From Lachnospiraceae bacterium (GTDB lineage Bacteria > Bacillota > Clostridia > Lachnospirales > Lachnospiraceae), in assembly GCA_963643225.1 (NCBI GenBank), contig CAVIIX010000004.1, positions 37,291 through 101,290 on the forward strand: DNA of 64,000 nucleotides. The letters are read 5' to 3'. Position 1 is the stretch's first letter. Each line of letters starts with the position of its first letter. Shown piece by piece: positions 1 to 10,883 of this stretch. Made by a program: the position numbers and the translations under genes. A model generated the notes under the pieces. It had not been told where the DNA came from. It did not search any database and worked only from the letters and a program-made list of their open reading frames with translations.

Positions 1-83
1 TTTCCCTCTGTGAATTTAATATTTACATCCTCAAAGAGCGCTTTTTTGCCCACTCTGAAGGTTACGTTATTTGCTGCAATCAT
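1..83 (-). CDS. ABC-F family ATP-binding protein, N-terminus only (runs off the window)
   Basis: Manual translation of the minus strand from ATG at 83 gives MIAANNVTFRVGKKALFEDVNIKFTEG, a typical YbiT/YkpA-like ABC-F N-terminus just before Walker A. Not in the ORF track. Confidence 0.8.
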   Translation of the reverse strand, partial: MIAANNVTFRVGKKALFEDVNIKFTEG

Positions 84-242
84 GTTAAAACCTTTCTTAT
101 ATTTTAATGCAAATTTACAATCAACCTTTTCTATTGTACATAAAAATAGTATTTTTGCAAGCACAGAGGAGGTTTTGCTTGAATGTTTAAAAACGCTGTG
201 ATAATGTGGCGTTAAGTATCTAAATAGTCGGAGGATTACAAA

Positions 243-1379
243 ATGCTTAACAAAATTGAAATCAACAGAAACGCAAATATAAAGGTGCATGGAAGAACGG
301 TGAAGGGAGCAAATCCGTTACCACTTTTCTGGAATCATTCGGGAGTGGAGGTAAACTGCGACGGATCGGAATTGTGGATTGATCTTGAAGTGGATCACGG
401 CTTTCACGAGCCCTGGATTGCAATAGAAATAAATGACGCTCTTATGTCAAGACGTATGCTTTTAAAAGAGGATAAATCGGTATGTTTATTTAGAAGCATG
501 ACAAAGGGGGTCATTAAAAATGTTAAATTTTACAGAGAATTACAGGCAATGCATGAGGATGATGACTGCCATGTGCTGGTAAAGGGCTTTAGAACCGACG
601 GAGAATTTTATCCTGTTGAGGATAAGCCCTTTAAGCTTGAATTTATCGGAGATTCAGTTACTTCAGGGGAAGGCACCTACGGGGCCACAAGGGACACTGA
701 CTGGCTTGCCATGTACATGTCTTCAAGCCGCCATTATGCCCACATTATCGAAAAGTCCTTAAATGCAGATATAAGAATTATTTCGCAGGGGGGCTGGGGA
801 GTAGTATCAGGCTGGGATAACGACATTCGCCACAGAATTCCAGATATTTACGAGCCTATTTGCGGTCTTGCATATGGTAAAACCAACAAACAGCTTGGAG
901 CGATGGGAAAGAGTGATTACGAGGAATGGTGTCCAGATGCCATTATCATAAACCTTGGCACCAACGACAATTCTTCCTTTAATACGGAACCCTTTGACGT
1001 ACCGGGGGTAGGAATGTGCAAAAACCGCCGAAACGAAGACGGAAGCTTTAATAAGGACGACATTGAGGTGTTCATAAAGGGCGTCACCGACTTTTTAATA
1101 AAAGTAAGATGCCTTAATCCAAAAAGCCACATCGTGTGGGCATACGGCATTTTAGGTAACGAAATGAAGCCCTATATTATCGAGGGCATTAACAGATTTA
1201 AGAAAGAAACCGGCGATAAAAACGCAGCTTTTCTTGATATTCCAAACACAAATGAAGTTACCGTCGGAGCTCACCTGCATCCTGGCTACCTTGCACACAT
1301 CGAGGCCGCAAGGGTAATCGGAAATTATCTGGCTTCGGTTTTGCACACAGAATACAAGGAGCCTCAGGGAAACCTTTAG
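243..1379 (+). CDS. SGNH acetylesterase, CE2 family
   Basis: LEFIGDSVTSGEG (catalytic Ser), INLGTND and a C-terminal HP motif follow an N-terminal beta domain. RBS GGAGG. Sits in a mannan locus. Confidence 0.8.
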   Translation: MLNKIEINRNANIKVHGRTVKGANPLPLFWNHSGVEVNCDGSELWIDLEVDHGFHEPWIAIEINDALMSRRMLLKEDKSVCLFRSMTKGVIKNVKFYRELQAMHEDDDCHVLVKGFRTDGEFYPVEDKPFKLEFIGDSVTSGEGTYGATRDTDWLAMYMSSSRHYAHIIEKSLNADIRIISQGGWGVVSGWDNDIRHRIPDIYEPICGLAYGKTNKQLGAMGKSDYEEWCPDAIIINLGTNDNSSFNTEPFDVPGVGMCKNRRNEDGSFNKDDIEVFIKGVTDFLIKVRCLNPKSHIVWAYGILGNEMKPYIIEGINRFKKETGDKNAAFLDIPNTNEVTVGAHLHPGYLAHIEAARVIGNYLASVLHTEYKEPQGNL

Positions 1380-1388
1380 GAGGAAGCC

Positions 1389-3890
1389 ATGAATAAGTTT
1401 TTTGACATAGTAGATTTAAACGGTGCCTGGACCTTTTATGAGGCGTCGGCAAAAGAAAAAGAATACGAGGTAACGGTACCTGGTTCCGTACTGTCTTGCC
1501 TTTTAGACAACAATTTAATTGAAGACCCCTTTAAGGGCATGAATGAATATTCTGTAAGAGAAAAGCTTCGCGCTGACTATACCTTCAAAAGAAAATTTAT
1601 ATTTGACAAGGACTTAAAATTAGACTGGAACCTTACAATGGAAGGCCTTGACACTGTTGCAGATATTTATATCAACAATAAAAAAGTCATACGCACGGAA
1701 AACATGCACAGGGTGTATTCGGTTAACATAAATAAATTTTTAATCCAGGGCGAAAACGAAATAAGAGTGGAATTTAAATCACCCATTACCTACATAGAAG
1801 CGCACGTTCCAAAAAAGAACAAGGAAATTCATTACAGGGCCTGTGGCGCCATGAAGGGAAACCAGTATATCCGCAAGGCTCATTCAATGTTTGGCTGGGA
1901 CTGGGGGCCCCAGCTTCCGGACATGGGCATCTTTAGAAATATTTATTTAAAGGGCTATGAAGGGGTTTCCTTAGACTATATAAAGGTAATGCAGGAGCAT
2001 ACTGAAAATGCGGTTTACATAACTGTAAAGGGTGATGCTTCTACAGCAAAAGAAAAATCCCTTAAAGTAGGGTATGGTACTAACAATTCAAAATACGGTC
2101 TTTTGATTTCAGTATATGACCCTGAAGGCAATGAGATAGTTTCAGAAGAGGCTTCTGATATTAAAATTAAAATTGAAAAGCCAAAGCTTTGGTGGGTAAA
2201 CAGACTTGGAGCCCAGCCCTTATACACTGTTAAGGCAAGGCTTATTAATTTTAAAAATCCTGATTTTAAGGGTAACGAAATAACAGAAAAAATTGGCCTG
2301 CGTGAATTTTTGGTATCAAGAGAAAAGGATGAATGGGGCGAAGAATTTGCCTTTATGATAAACGGCGTTAAATTCTTTTCAAAGGGTGCTGATTACATCC
2401 CCGAAGACTGTATTTATTCACGCATCACAAAGGAAAGAATCAAATATTTAATCGATTCCTGCAAGGAAGCAGGCTTTAATACCCTAAGAGTCTGGGGCGG
2501 AGGATATTACCCAGGGGATGATTTTTATTCACTCTGCGATGAAGCGGGCATTATTGTGTGGCAGGATTTTGCCTATGCCTGCAACGTCTATGAGCTTACA
2601 AAGGAATTTAAAGAAAATATAGAAAAAGAAGCGATTGACAACGTAAGACGCCTTCGCAATCACGCGTCCTTAGGCTTATGGTGCGGCAACAACGAAATGG
2701 AATCTGCCTGGGATCACTGGGGCGGCTTTTGCGACCATTCAAAGGCTTTACGTAATGACTATCTTCAGATGTTTGAAGAAATGCTTCCTAAAATTGTTGA
2801 AAAGGAAGACGGAAATCATTTTTACTGGCCGAGCTCTCCCTCGTCAACAGGCGGCTTTAACCGCCCGGATGCCGATGAAATCGGAGACAGACATTACTGG
2901 GACGTGTGGCACGGTGAAAAGCCCTTTACGGATTATGAAAATTATTATTTCAGATTCTGTTCTGAATTCGGATTTCAGTCTTTCCCTGAAATGGCAACGA
3001 TTAAGACCTTTGCAAAAGAAGGGGATTTTAACATTTTCAGCCCTGTAATGGAATCTCATCAGAAAAACGACAATGCCAACGCAAAAATCCTTCACTACAT
3101 TTCAGAGAATTTCCTTTACCCAAAGGACTTTGAAAGCCTTTTATATATAAGCCAGGTGCTTCAGGGAATGGCGGTAAAATACGGGGTTGAACACTGGCGC
3201 AGAAGCCGGGGCCGCTGTATGGGTTCTCTTTACTGGCAGCTAAACGACAACTGGCCGGTAGCAAGCTGGTCCTCCATAGACTATTACGGCAGGTGGAAGG
3301 CACTTCACTATATGGCAAAGGACTTCTATTCTGACATTTTAGGCTCCCTGAAACGAGACGGATTTGTTTTTACACCCTATGTACAAAACGAAACCCTGAA
3401 GGAAGCAGAATCCGATGTAAAGATTTTTGTAAAGACCATGGACAATGAAGTGGTATTTGCAAGCGGGCAGACTCTTAAATGTGCGGGCATGAGCGTATGC
3501 AAGGGCGAGGAAGTTGACATAACAAGTGCCGTTAGGCACCGAGAAAATGCCACCTATATCGAAGCGGTATTTACCAATTCAGACGGCACAGTTATTAAAC
3601 AAATCGACCCCATGCTTAAATATAAGCAGATGAATTTGCCAAAAGCCGTAGTTAACATAACTTTAGAGCAAACTGATCCTTTTCACATTAAGGCTATATT
3701 AAATTCAAACAAATTCACGGCCTTTACAGCCTTAATGTGTGAAGATAAAAACCTAATCTGGGACAAAAATTATTTCTTCATAACGGGAAAGGAAAACGTC
3801 GAAATAACCGGACGACTTGCGGATGGAAAAGAAATAGCAGTGCTCCCTGAGGTAAGGGTTATGACACTTGATAAGAGCTATACTAAATAA
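1389..3890 (+). CDS. GH2 beta-mannosidase
   Basis: Motifs FGWDWGP, RVWGGG, VWQDF, WCGNNE (acid/base), SEFGFQS (nucleophile), YWQLNDNWP. Confidence 0.92.
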   Translation: MNKFFDIVDLNGAWTFYEASAKEKEYEVTVPGSVLSCLLDNNLIEDPFKGMNEYSVREKLRADYTFKRKFIFDKDLKLDWNLTMEGLDTVADIYINNKKVIRTENMHRVYSVNINKFLIQGENEIRVEFKSPITYIEAHVPKKNKEIHYRACGAMKGNQYIRKAHSMFGWDWGPQLPDMGIFRNIYLKGYEGVSLDYIKVMQEHTENAVYITVKGDASTAKEKSLKVGYGTNNSKYGLLISVYDPEGNEIVSEEASDIKIKIEKPKLWWVNRLGAQPLYTVKARLINFKNPDFKGNEITEKIGLREFLVSREKDEWGEEFAFMINGVKFFSKGADYIPEDCIYSRITKERIKYLIDSCKEAGFNTLRVWGGGYYPGDDFYSLCDEAGIIVWQDFAYACNVYELTKEFKENIEKEAIDNVRRLRNHASLGLWCGNNEMESAWDHWGGFCDHSKALRNDYLQMFEEMLPKIVEKEDGNHFYWPSSPSSTGGFNRPDADEIGDRHYWDVWHGEKPFTDYENYYFRFCSEFGFQSFPEMATIKTFAKEGDFNIFSPVMESHQKNDNANAKILHYISENFLYPKDFESLLYISQVLQGMAVKYGVEHWRRSRGRCMGSLYWQLNDNWPVASWSSIDYYGRWKALHYMAKDFYSDILGSLKRDGFVFTPYVQNETLKEAESDVKIFVKTMDNEVVFASGQTLKCAGMSVCKGEEVDITSAVRHRENATYIEAVFTNSDGTVIKQIDPMLKYKQMNLPKAVVNITLEQTDPFHIKAILNSNKFTAFTALMCEDKNLIWDKNYFFITGKENVEITGRLADGKEIAVLPEVRVMTLDKSYTK

Positions 3891-3904
3891 ACTGGAGGAT
3901 ACAA

Positions 3905-6094
3905 ATGATTACCTTTGATAAGGAAAAGAAAATATTTAAACTGGACACTCCGAACACTTCCTATGTATTTGGAATAGACGATGAATTCGGATATCTTATC
4001 CACTATTATTACGGAAGAAAAATTGAGGATAACAATTTACGCTATTTATCACGAATGTATGAAGGAAACCTTTTGCCTTCAGTCAATCAGCGGGAAAAGA
4101 ATTCGTTTTTTGACATGGCACCCTTTGAATACCCTACAGGTGGGATTGGGGACTACCGCCATCATGCTCTTGAAATTTTGACGCCTCAGGGTACAAACAC
4201 CTGCGAGCTAGGATATGAAGGCCATGAGCTTGTAAAGGGGAAGCCGGCGCTTAAGGGACTTCCCGCTGCATTTGGTAAGGAAACCGACACAGAGACTCTT
4301 TACGTTACTTTAAAGGATAAGGAATTGGGCCTTAAAGTCATTTTAGCCTATTCAGTATTTTCGGATACAGATGCAATCACAAGATCTGTAAAGGTTGTTA
4401 ACGACGGAAACGACTACATATATATAACTAAAGTTATGTCAACCTCCCTGGATGTAGACAACAAGGACTTTAATTTACTTACCCTTCATGGTTCCTGGGC
4501 AAGAGAAAGAAGAATGGAATACCGTAAAATCGCTCACGGCTCCCAGGGTGTATTTTCAACCCGCGGCGAAACAAGCCATCAGGAGCATCCCTTCATAGGA
4601 CTTACTACCAAAAATATTTCTCAAACCGAGGGTGAGGTTTATGGCATTAATTTTGTATATTCAGGAAATTTTGAAGGCGTAGCCGATTTAAATCAGTTTG
4701 AATCGGTGCGTGCAATGATGGGTATTAACCCCTACAATTTCAAATGGAAGCTTGAAAAGGGCGATGAATTTCAGGCTCCGGAGGCAGTGATGGTGTATTC
4801 CTACACAGGCCTTGGTGCCATGACCCGTTCATTCCACGAGCTTTACAGAAATCATTTAATCAGAAGCAAATACCTTCACAGGCAGCGCCCGATTTTAATC
4901 AACAACTGGGAGGCTACATATTTTAATTTCAATACTGAAAAGCTTTTATCCATCGCCCGTACGGCAAAGGAAAATGGAATAGAAATGCTTGTAATGGATG
5001 ATGGATGGTTTGGCAAAAGAAACGACGACAGCTGCGCTTTGGGTGACTGGAGGGTTAATGAAGAAAAGCTTCAGGGAGGCTTAAAATATCTGGTGGATGA
5101 GGTAAACAAAATAGGTCTTAAATTCGGTATCTGGATGGAGCCTGAAATGATAAGCCCGGATTCTGATTTATACAGAGCACATCCAGACTGGGCAATTTCT
5201 GTACCGGGAAAGCCTCTTGATTTATCAAGAAACCAGCTTGTTTTGGATATCACAAGAAAAGAAGTCTTTGATTATGTGTGGAGCTGTATTGAAACTACAC
5301 TTAAGAGTGCCAATATCCAATATTTAAAGTGGGATATGAACAGACAGCTTTCGGATTTATATTCAAGGGCTTTACCGGCTGACAGACAGGGAGAGCTTTA
5401 CCACAGATACGTGCTTTCGGTTTATGCACTTCAGGAAAAGCTTGTTACAGCCTTCCCTGATTTATTGCTTGAAAACTGCTCTGGCGGCGGGGCGCGTTTC
5501 GACCCCGGCATGCTTTATTACAGTCCACAGATCTGGACCTCCGACGATGCTGACGCAGTTGAAAGACTTAAAATCCAGGAAGGCACCGCACTTATCTATC
5601 CATTATCCTGTATGGGTGCTCACGTGGCAGACTGCCCCAACCACACAGTAGGACGCACCACTCCCTTTAAGACAAGAGGACATGTGGCACTTGCAGGTAC
5701 ATTCGGGTACGAGCTTGATATTACAAAAATTTCAGAGGAGGACAGAAGCATGATTCCCAAACAGGTTGAAATGTACCATAAATACAACGACCTTGTGAGA
5801 GAAGGAGATTATTACAGACTTGCTTCTTACGGAGAAAACAATTTATACGATGCCTGGATGGTAAAGAGTAAGGATGATAAGGAGATTCTTGTAACATACG
5901 TAAATGTAGTGCGCCTTGCAAATTGTAAATCCCGTAGGCTTTGCTTACAGGGCCTTAATCCAAAGAAAAAATACCAGGATGAGGAAACTAAAATTGTGTA
6001 CGGTGCCGATACCCTTATGTATGGCGGACTTTTAGTGGACCATATGTGGGGAGACTACCAGTCAAAGCTCATTCATTTAACGGAAGTCTGTTAA
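3905..6094 (+). CDS. GH36 alpha-galactosidase
   Basis: Motifs NNWEATYF, LVMDDGWFG, FGIWMEPEM, YLKWDMNR, ENCSGGGARFD, WTSDDAD. Confidence 0.95.
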   Translation: MITFDKEKKIFKLDTPNTSYVFGIDDEFGYLIHYYYGRKIEDNNLRYLSRMYEGNLLPSVNQREKNSFFDMAPFEYPTGGIGDYRHHALEILTPQGTNTCELGYEGHELVKGKPALKGLPAAFGKETDTETLYVTLKDKELGLKVILAYSVFSDTDAITRSVKVVNDGNDYIYITKVMSTSLDVDNKDFNLLTLHGSWARERRMEYRKIAHGSQGVFSTRGETSHQEHPFIGLTTKNISQTEGEVYGINFVYSGNFEGVADLNQFESVRAMMGINPYNFKWKLEKGDEFQAPEAVMVYSYTGLGAMTRSFHELYRNHLIRSKYLHRQRPILINNWEATYFNFNTEKLLSIARTAKENGIEMLVMDDGWFGKRNDDSCALGDWRVNEEKLQGGLKYLVDEVNKIGLKFGIWMEPEMISPDSDLYRAHPDWAISVPGKPLDLSRNQLVLDITRKEVFDYVWSCIETTLKSANIQYLKWDMNRQLSDLYSRALPADRQGELYHRYVLSVYALQEKLVTAFPDLLLENCSGGGARFDPGMLYYSPQIWTSDDADAVERLKIQEGTALIYPLSCMGAHVADCPNHTVGRTTPFKTRGHVALAGTFGYELDITKISEEDRSMIPKQVEMYHKYNDLVREGDYYRLASYGENNLYDAWMVKSKDDKEILVTYVNVVRLANCKSRRLCLQGLNPKKKYQDEETKIVYGADTLMYGGLLVDHMWGDYQSKLIHLTEVC

Positions 6095-6201
6095 CATAAA
6101 ATTTTGTAACCTTACAAAAATACTTAACAGATGTAAATATAAGTAATTCACCATAAAGGTTTTTGTGGCATTTGTACAAATATTGTAATTATGCTTGAAA
6201 A

Positions 6202-6258
6202 TAACCCCTCGAATATAGTAACATCTTACTATAAATCGAGGGGTTAATTTTTTTCTTT
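6202..6258 (+). terminator. Long stem-loop followed by a T-rich tract; probable terminator or 5' leader structure
   Basis: TAACCCCTCGA/TCGAGGGGTTA outer stem and TATAGTAA/TTACTATA inner stem, then ATTTTTTTCTTT, between GH36 and GH26. Confidence 0.5.
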
Positions 6259-6366
6259 CGGCAATGTGCTTGTTAGTTTGGAAAGTTACAAAGGTCTGAA
6301 AAAGGATTAAATTACGTAAATTTACGATTTGTTAAGTAACAGCTAACAAAATATATGAGGCAAAAT

Positions 6367-7872
6367 ATGAAAAAACGAGGATTGGCAGTGTTGATAACGA
6401 CCACAATGCTCCTCTCTGCATGTGGAAACGCAGGCGGAGTAAAGACTAAGGAGGCGCTTATAGAGGGTTACGGTAAAGCGGTTTTGGAAACAGAAGCAGA
6501 AAACGGGACGGTTACCGGTAAGGCAAACATTAAAACCGGTAATTCTTCTTATTCTAATGAAGGATATGTAACAGGCTTTGAAGGAGAACAGGATACCGCA
6601 AGCGTTTTAATTAAGATTAATGAAGCAGGCTTTTATGACCTGGTTTTTACAATAAAGAGTAACGGAGGCTACAAGGAAAATCACGTATTTGTGGATTTAG
6701 TACAGCAGGGTTCAATCGAATGTGAATCGGGCTCACTTGAAGAAGCAGTTTTAAAGAGAGTTTATTTAGACGGAGGCGACCACGAAATTACGATAAAGAA
6801 AAACTGGGGCTGGATAGACTGGGACAAGCTTACGGTTTATGAAAGCGCACCGCTTCCTGATTCGATTTATGAAGTATCGCCTAAATTGTGTAACGAAAAT
6901 GCTTCAGACAATGCAAAGAGAGTCATGACTTATTTAACAGACATTTACGGAGACTATATTTTATCCGGTCAGTACGGGGAGGGAGGAATCGGCTCCTGGG
7001 AGACCTTTAAGGTAAAGGAAGTAAACGGACAGAAGGCTCCTGCGGTATACGGCCTTGAGCTGGGACATTTGTGTCAGACAGCACTTGATAATAATTTTTC
7101 ACACTCTTCAATCAAGGATGCCATAAAGGTGTGGGAAAACGGCGGAATAGTGACAATGTGCTATCACTGGCTGGCTCCGCAAAAATACATTACCGGCATC
7201 TGGTGGAACGGCTTTAGAACAGCGGCTGTCGACATTCCCCTTGAAAAGATAATGAACGGGGAAGACGAAGAAGGCATGAATTTAATCCTTAACGACATAA
7301 AAATTCTGGCTGAAGCATTACAGGAGCTTGAAGATGCAGGTGTGCCGGTATTATTCAGACCCTTACATGAGGCGGCAGGCGGTTGGTTTTGGTGGGGCGA
7401 CCACGGAGCGGATACTTATAAAAAGCTTTACGTTCTTATGTATGAGCAGCTCACAGACGTCTATGGCCTTGATAATCTTATCTGGATATGGAACGGACAG
7501 GACGGAGACTGGTATCCGGGTGATGAATATGTAGACATTATCGGTATAGACATTTACCAGGACGAACATGAATATGCTTCCAATATAAACAGTTTCCTAA
7601 AGCTTTATTCATGGCTTCCTTCTGCCAATAAAATGATTGTTCTTTCGGAAAACGGCACAATGCCTGATATTGATGCCTGTGTGAGAGACGGCGCCATGTG
7701 GGGATTTTTCTGTACCTGGGAGAAAGACTATGTAGTGACAGGGGATACGGTTGTCAAATATTCCGAGCAGTATACGGAAAAGGAAATGGTAAAGACGATT
7801 TATAACCATGAAAGGGTTATTACTTTAGATGAACTTCCGGATTTAAAAACTTATGAATTCCGGAACAAATAA
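6367..7872 (+). CDS. GH26 endo-beta-1,4-mannanase lipoprotein with an N-terminal CBM35-like module
   Basis: Lipobox LLSAC. CBM35/CBM6-like segment (EAENG...NWGWIDWD). GH26 motifs RPLHEAAGGWFWWG, WYPGDEYVDIIGIDIY, LSENG. Start placed at 6367 behind GAGG (ORF track: 6355). Confidence 0.92.
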   Translation: MKKRGLAVLITTTMLLSACGNAGGVKTKEALIEGYGKAVLETEAENGTVTGKANIKTGNSSYSNEGYVTGFEGEQDTASVLIKINEAGFYDLVFTIKSNGGYKENHVFVDLVQQGSIECESGSLEEAVLKRVYLDGGDHEITIKKNWGWIDWDKLTVYESAPLPDSIYEVSPKLCNENASDNAKRVMTYLTDIYGDYILSGQYGEGGIGSWETFKVKEVNGQKAPAVYGLELGHLCQTALDNNFSHSSIKDAIKVWENGGIVTMCYHWLAPQKYITGIWWNGFRTAAVDIPLEKIMNGEDEEGMNLILNDIKILAEALQELEDAGVPVLFRPLHEAAGGWFWWGDHGADTYKKLYVLMYEQLTDVYGLDNLIWIWNGQDGDWYPGDEYVDIIGIDIYQDEHEYASNINSFLKLYSWLPSANKMIVLSENGTMPDIDACVRDGAMWGFFCTWEKDYVVTGDTVVKYSEQYTEKEMVKTIYNHERVITLDELPDLKTYEFRNK

Positions 7873-7890
7873 ACAGGAAGGCTTTTTGTT

Positions 7891-10869
7891 ATGAAAAAAA
7901 CGGTTAAACAGCTTGTTTCTTTGGCGGCTGCAGCTGCAATGTTAATAAGTACGGCATTTGCCTATACGAGCATAAATGCTAATGCCGAGACGAATCTTTC
8001 AATGGATGACTTTGACGACATTGTAAGCACATATTCAATACTTTCGGATTCTGTGACCTACAAGGAATATAAGGCGCAGTATGAAAGCGTATATCCTGAA
8101 GAGACAATTACGGTGGATGCTTTTTCCTATTCAAGATACGAAGAAAACGATACCGCCGCAACGCCGGAAGCAAGATATGGTATTGACGGAACTGAAAAAG
8201 ACGGCGTTTTAACCGGAGAAGATTCCTTAATTGAATTTGAATTTGAGGTAAAGGAAGAAGGCTTTTATAACCTTTCCTTATGTTATTACCCAATTGAGGG
8301 TAAATCCTCTGATATAGAAAGAAGCATTTTCATAGACGGCAAGCTTCCCTTTGAAGAATTTTCGCTTGTTTCCTTCCACAGAGTATGGGTTTATGACTGC
8401 GATGCCGATTATGTGGAGGGTACTAAGATTTATAACTTTGGCAAAGACAATCAGGGTAACGACAATAAGCCAAAGATGAAGGAAGCGCCTGAATGGATGA
8501 CAGAATATGCCTACGATTCGGACGGCTACGTAACTAATCCCTTAAGCGTTTATTTAACAAAGGGTACCCATACGATTTCTCTTTTATCAATAAGAGAGCC
8601 GATGCTTCTTAATTCAATTATTTTTGATAACGCTGAAGCGGTTAAAAGCTATGCAGAGGTAAAGGCAGAGCTTGATGATAAGGGAGCCTTAAATTCTGCA
8701 GACGCGCTGATTACCTTAGAGGGTGAAAACGTATCAAAGACATCATCCCAGATGCTTTATCCAAAGCAGGATCAGTCCTCGCCCTCTGTTAGTCCTTCTT
8801 CCTCCAAAGAGCTGTTAAACAATTCCGTGGGCGGTGAATCCTGGAGGCTGGTAGGTCAATGGATTGAATGGGATTTTGAAGTGCCAATGACGGGATATTA
8901 CAACATTTCTTTATACGACAGACAAAGCTTTTCGCGAGGCGTGCACGTATCAAGACGTATCACAATCGACGGTGCGGTACCGTTTGAAGAAATGAACGAT
9001 TACGCCTTTGACTATGATAATTCCTGGCGTGAGGACGTTTTATCAGACGATGAAGGAAATGCCTACAGCTTTTATTTAACAGCAGGCCACCACACCATCC
9101 GAATGGAGGTAGTGCTTGGTGAATTCTCTGAAATCGTAGGTCTTGTAGAGGATGCTGTAAGACAGCTTAATGCAATTTACAGACAGGTTATTAAGGTAAC
9201 GGGTGTAAGCCCTGATACCTACAGAGACTATCAGATAGAAGCTACACTTCCGAAATTGCATGACGAGCTGGTGGCCGCAAGAGAAACGCTTCAGACAGCG
9301 CTTGATATGTTAATAGAGGTGGCAGATAAGAACACCGATAAAAAGACGGCTCTTATCACTATGATAGATCAGTTAGACGAGCTTATTGAAGATGCTGAAT
9401 ATTTTGTAAGAACCATTTCCTCCTACAAAATAAATGTAAGAGCCTTAGGTACCTGGATTACAACGGTTATAAGCCAGCCCTTACAGATAGACAGAATCAA
9501 TATTTACTCGCCTAATATGACAGTTAAATATGAAAACACAGGCTTTTTGGCAGGAGCAGCCTATGAAATATCAAGACTTTATTATTCATTCATTATCGAC
9601 TACAACAACATCGGTTCTGTAGCAGACAGTGAAGAAACAGAAGCCATTACCCTCTGGGTAGGCTCCGGTCGAGACCAGGCAAACGTTATAAAGGCTTTAA
9701 TAGATGAAGACTTTACAGGCAGAACCGGCATAAGCGTAAACGTACAGTTAGTTGATATGTCTACACTTTTAAAGGCTCAGCTTGTGGGAGAGGGTCCAGA
9801 CGTAGCAATTCAGGTAGCAAATACAAACGGTGTGGCAGGTGCCGTTCTTTATACAGGTAATGATACTCCGGTTAACTACGGTATCAGAAATGCGGTACTT
9901 GATTTAACGCAGTTTGATGACCTTAGCGAAGTGCTTGCCCGCTTCCCAGAAGCTTCGGTAACTCAGTTTAGCTATGACGGCGCTGTATATGCGCTTCCGG
10001 AAACCATCACCTATCCGGTTATGTATTACCGTAAGGACATCCTTGCTGAAATCGGTCTGGACGTACCAAAAACCTGGAGTGATGTAAAGGTAGCAATGAC
10101 GGTACTGGCAAAGAACCAGATGGAATTTGGTATGCTTGCAAACGAACAGCTATTTGCTTCCCTTTTATACCAAAACGGCGGCGAATATTACAACGAAGCA
10201 GGAACTGCCTCGGCTCTGGATTCAGACATTGCGGTAAACACCTTTAAAGAATTCTGCGAATATTATACAGATTATAAAATCGATAAAGAAACCTCAGTTG
10301 AAGAAAGATTCCGTACAGGTGAGTGTCCTTTAATGATTGCCGACTACACTACATACAATAATTTTGCGGTATCTGCTCCTGATATTGCGGGACTTTGGAG
10401 CTTTACACAGATTCCTGGTACGATAAAGGAAGACGGGACAGTAGACCACTCCGTAGCCTGCACGGGGCTTGCCACCATGATAATGGCAGACACAGAGCAT
10501 GCAAAGGCCTCCTGGGAATTTGCAAAGTGGTGGACCAGTACTGAGACGCAGGTTAATTACGGAAGAGAAATGGAGGGCTTAATGGGAAGTGCTGCAAGAG
10601 TACCTACCGCCAATTATGAAGCCTTCTTACAGATGCCCTGGCCGGTTGAAGACTTTGAAACCTTAAAGGAATCAATGAGTCACGCAAAGGGAATTCCTCA
10701 GGTACCGGGCGGTTATTATTCCTGGAGAAACGTTTACAACGCTTTCTACACAGTAGTAACGGATTTTGATACGGCACTTCCAAGAGAAGAGTTAATGGAT
10801 AAGGTTATTTATATTAACGCAGAAATAGATTATAAGCGCGAGGAACTCGAGCTTGACAAAGAAAATTAG
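7891..10869 (+). CDS. Very large (992 aa) carbohydrate solute-binding protein with N-terminal beta-sandwich-like modules and a helical linker
   Basis: Sec signal ending ANA with no lipobox Cys. Two related N-terminal segments (GFYNLSL..R.I.IDG.LPFEE / GYYNISL..RRITIDGAVPFEE). C-terminal family-1 SBP (GEGPDVAI, YALPETITYPVMYYRKDIL, WEFAKWW). Confidence 0.85.
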   Translation: MKKTVKQLVSLAAAAAMLISTAFAYTSINANAETNLSMDDFDDIVSTYSILSDSVTYKEYKAQYESVYPEETITVDAFSYSRYEENDTAATPEARYGIDGTEKDGVLTGEDSLIEFEFEVKEEGFYNLSLCYYPIEGKSSDIERSIFIDGKLPFEEFSLVSFHRVWVYDCDADYVEGTKIYNFGKDNQGNDNKPKMKEAPEWMTEYAYDSDGYVTNPLSVYLTKGTHTISLLSIREPMLLNSIIFDNAEAVKSYAEVKAELDDKGALNSADALITLEGENVSKTSSQMLYPKQDQSSPSVSPSSSKELLNNSVGGESWRLVGQWIEWDFEVPMTGYYNISLYDRQSFSRGVHVSRRITIDGAVPFEEMNDYAFDYDNSWREDVLSDDEGNAYSFYLTAGHHTIRMEVVLGEFSEIVGLVEDAVRQLNAIYRQVIKVTGVSPDTYRDYQIEATLPKLHDELVAARETLQTALDMLIEVADKNTDKKTALITMIDQLDELIEDAEYFVRTISSYKINVRALGTWITTVISQPLQIDRINIYSPNMTVKYENTGFLAGAAYEISRLYYSFIIDYNNIGSVADSEETEAITLWVGSGRDQANVIKALIDEDFTGRTGISVNVQLVDMSTLLKAQLVGEGPDVAIQVANTNGVAGAVLYTGNDTPVNYGIRNAVLDLTQFDDLSEVLARFPEASVTQFSYDGAVYALPETITYPVMYYRKDILAEIGLDVPKTWSDVKVAMTVLAKNQMEFGMLANEQLFASLLYQNGGEYYNEAGTASALDSDIAVNTFKEFCEYYTDYKIDKETSVEERFRTGECPLMIADYTTYNNFAVSAPDIAGLWSFTQIPGTIKEDGTVDHSVACTGLATMIMADTEHAKASWEFAKWWTSTETQVNYGREMEGLMGSAARVPTANYEAFLQMPWPVEDFETLKESMSHAKGIPQVPGGYYSWRNVYNAFYTVVTDFDTALPREELMDKVIYINAEIDYKREELELDKEN

Positions 10870-10883
10870 GAAAGGAGAACAAA

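Noticed and set aside
10..201. 63-aa plus-strand ORF
   Set aside because: It overlaps the minus-strand ABC-F start and the divergent promoter region.
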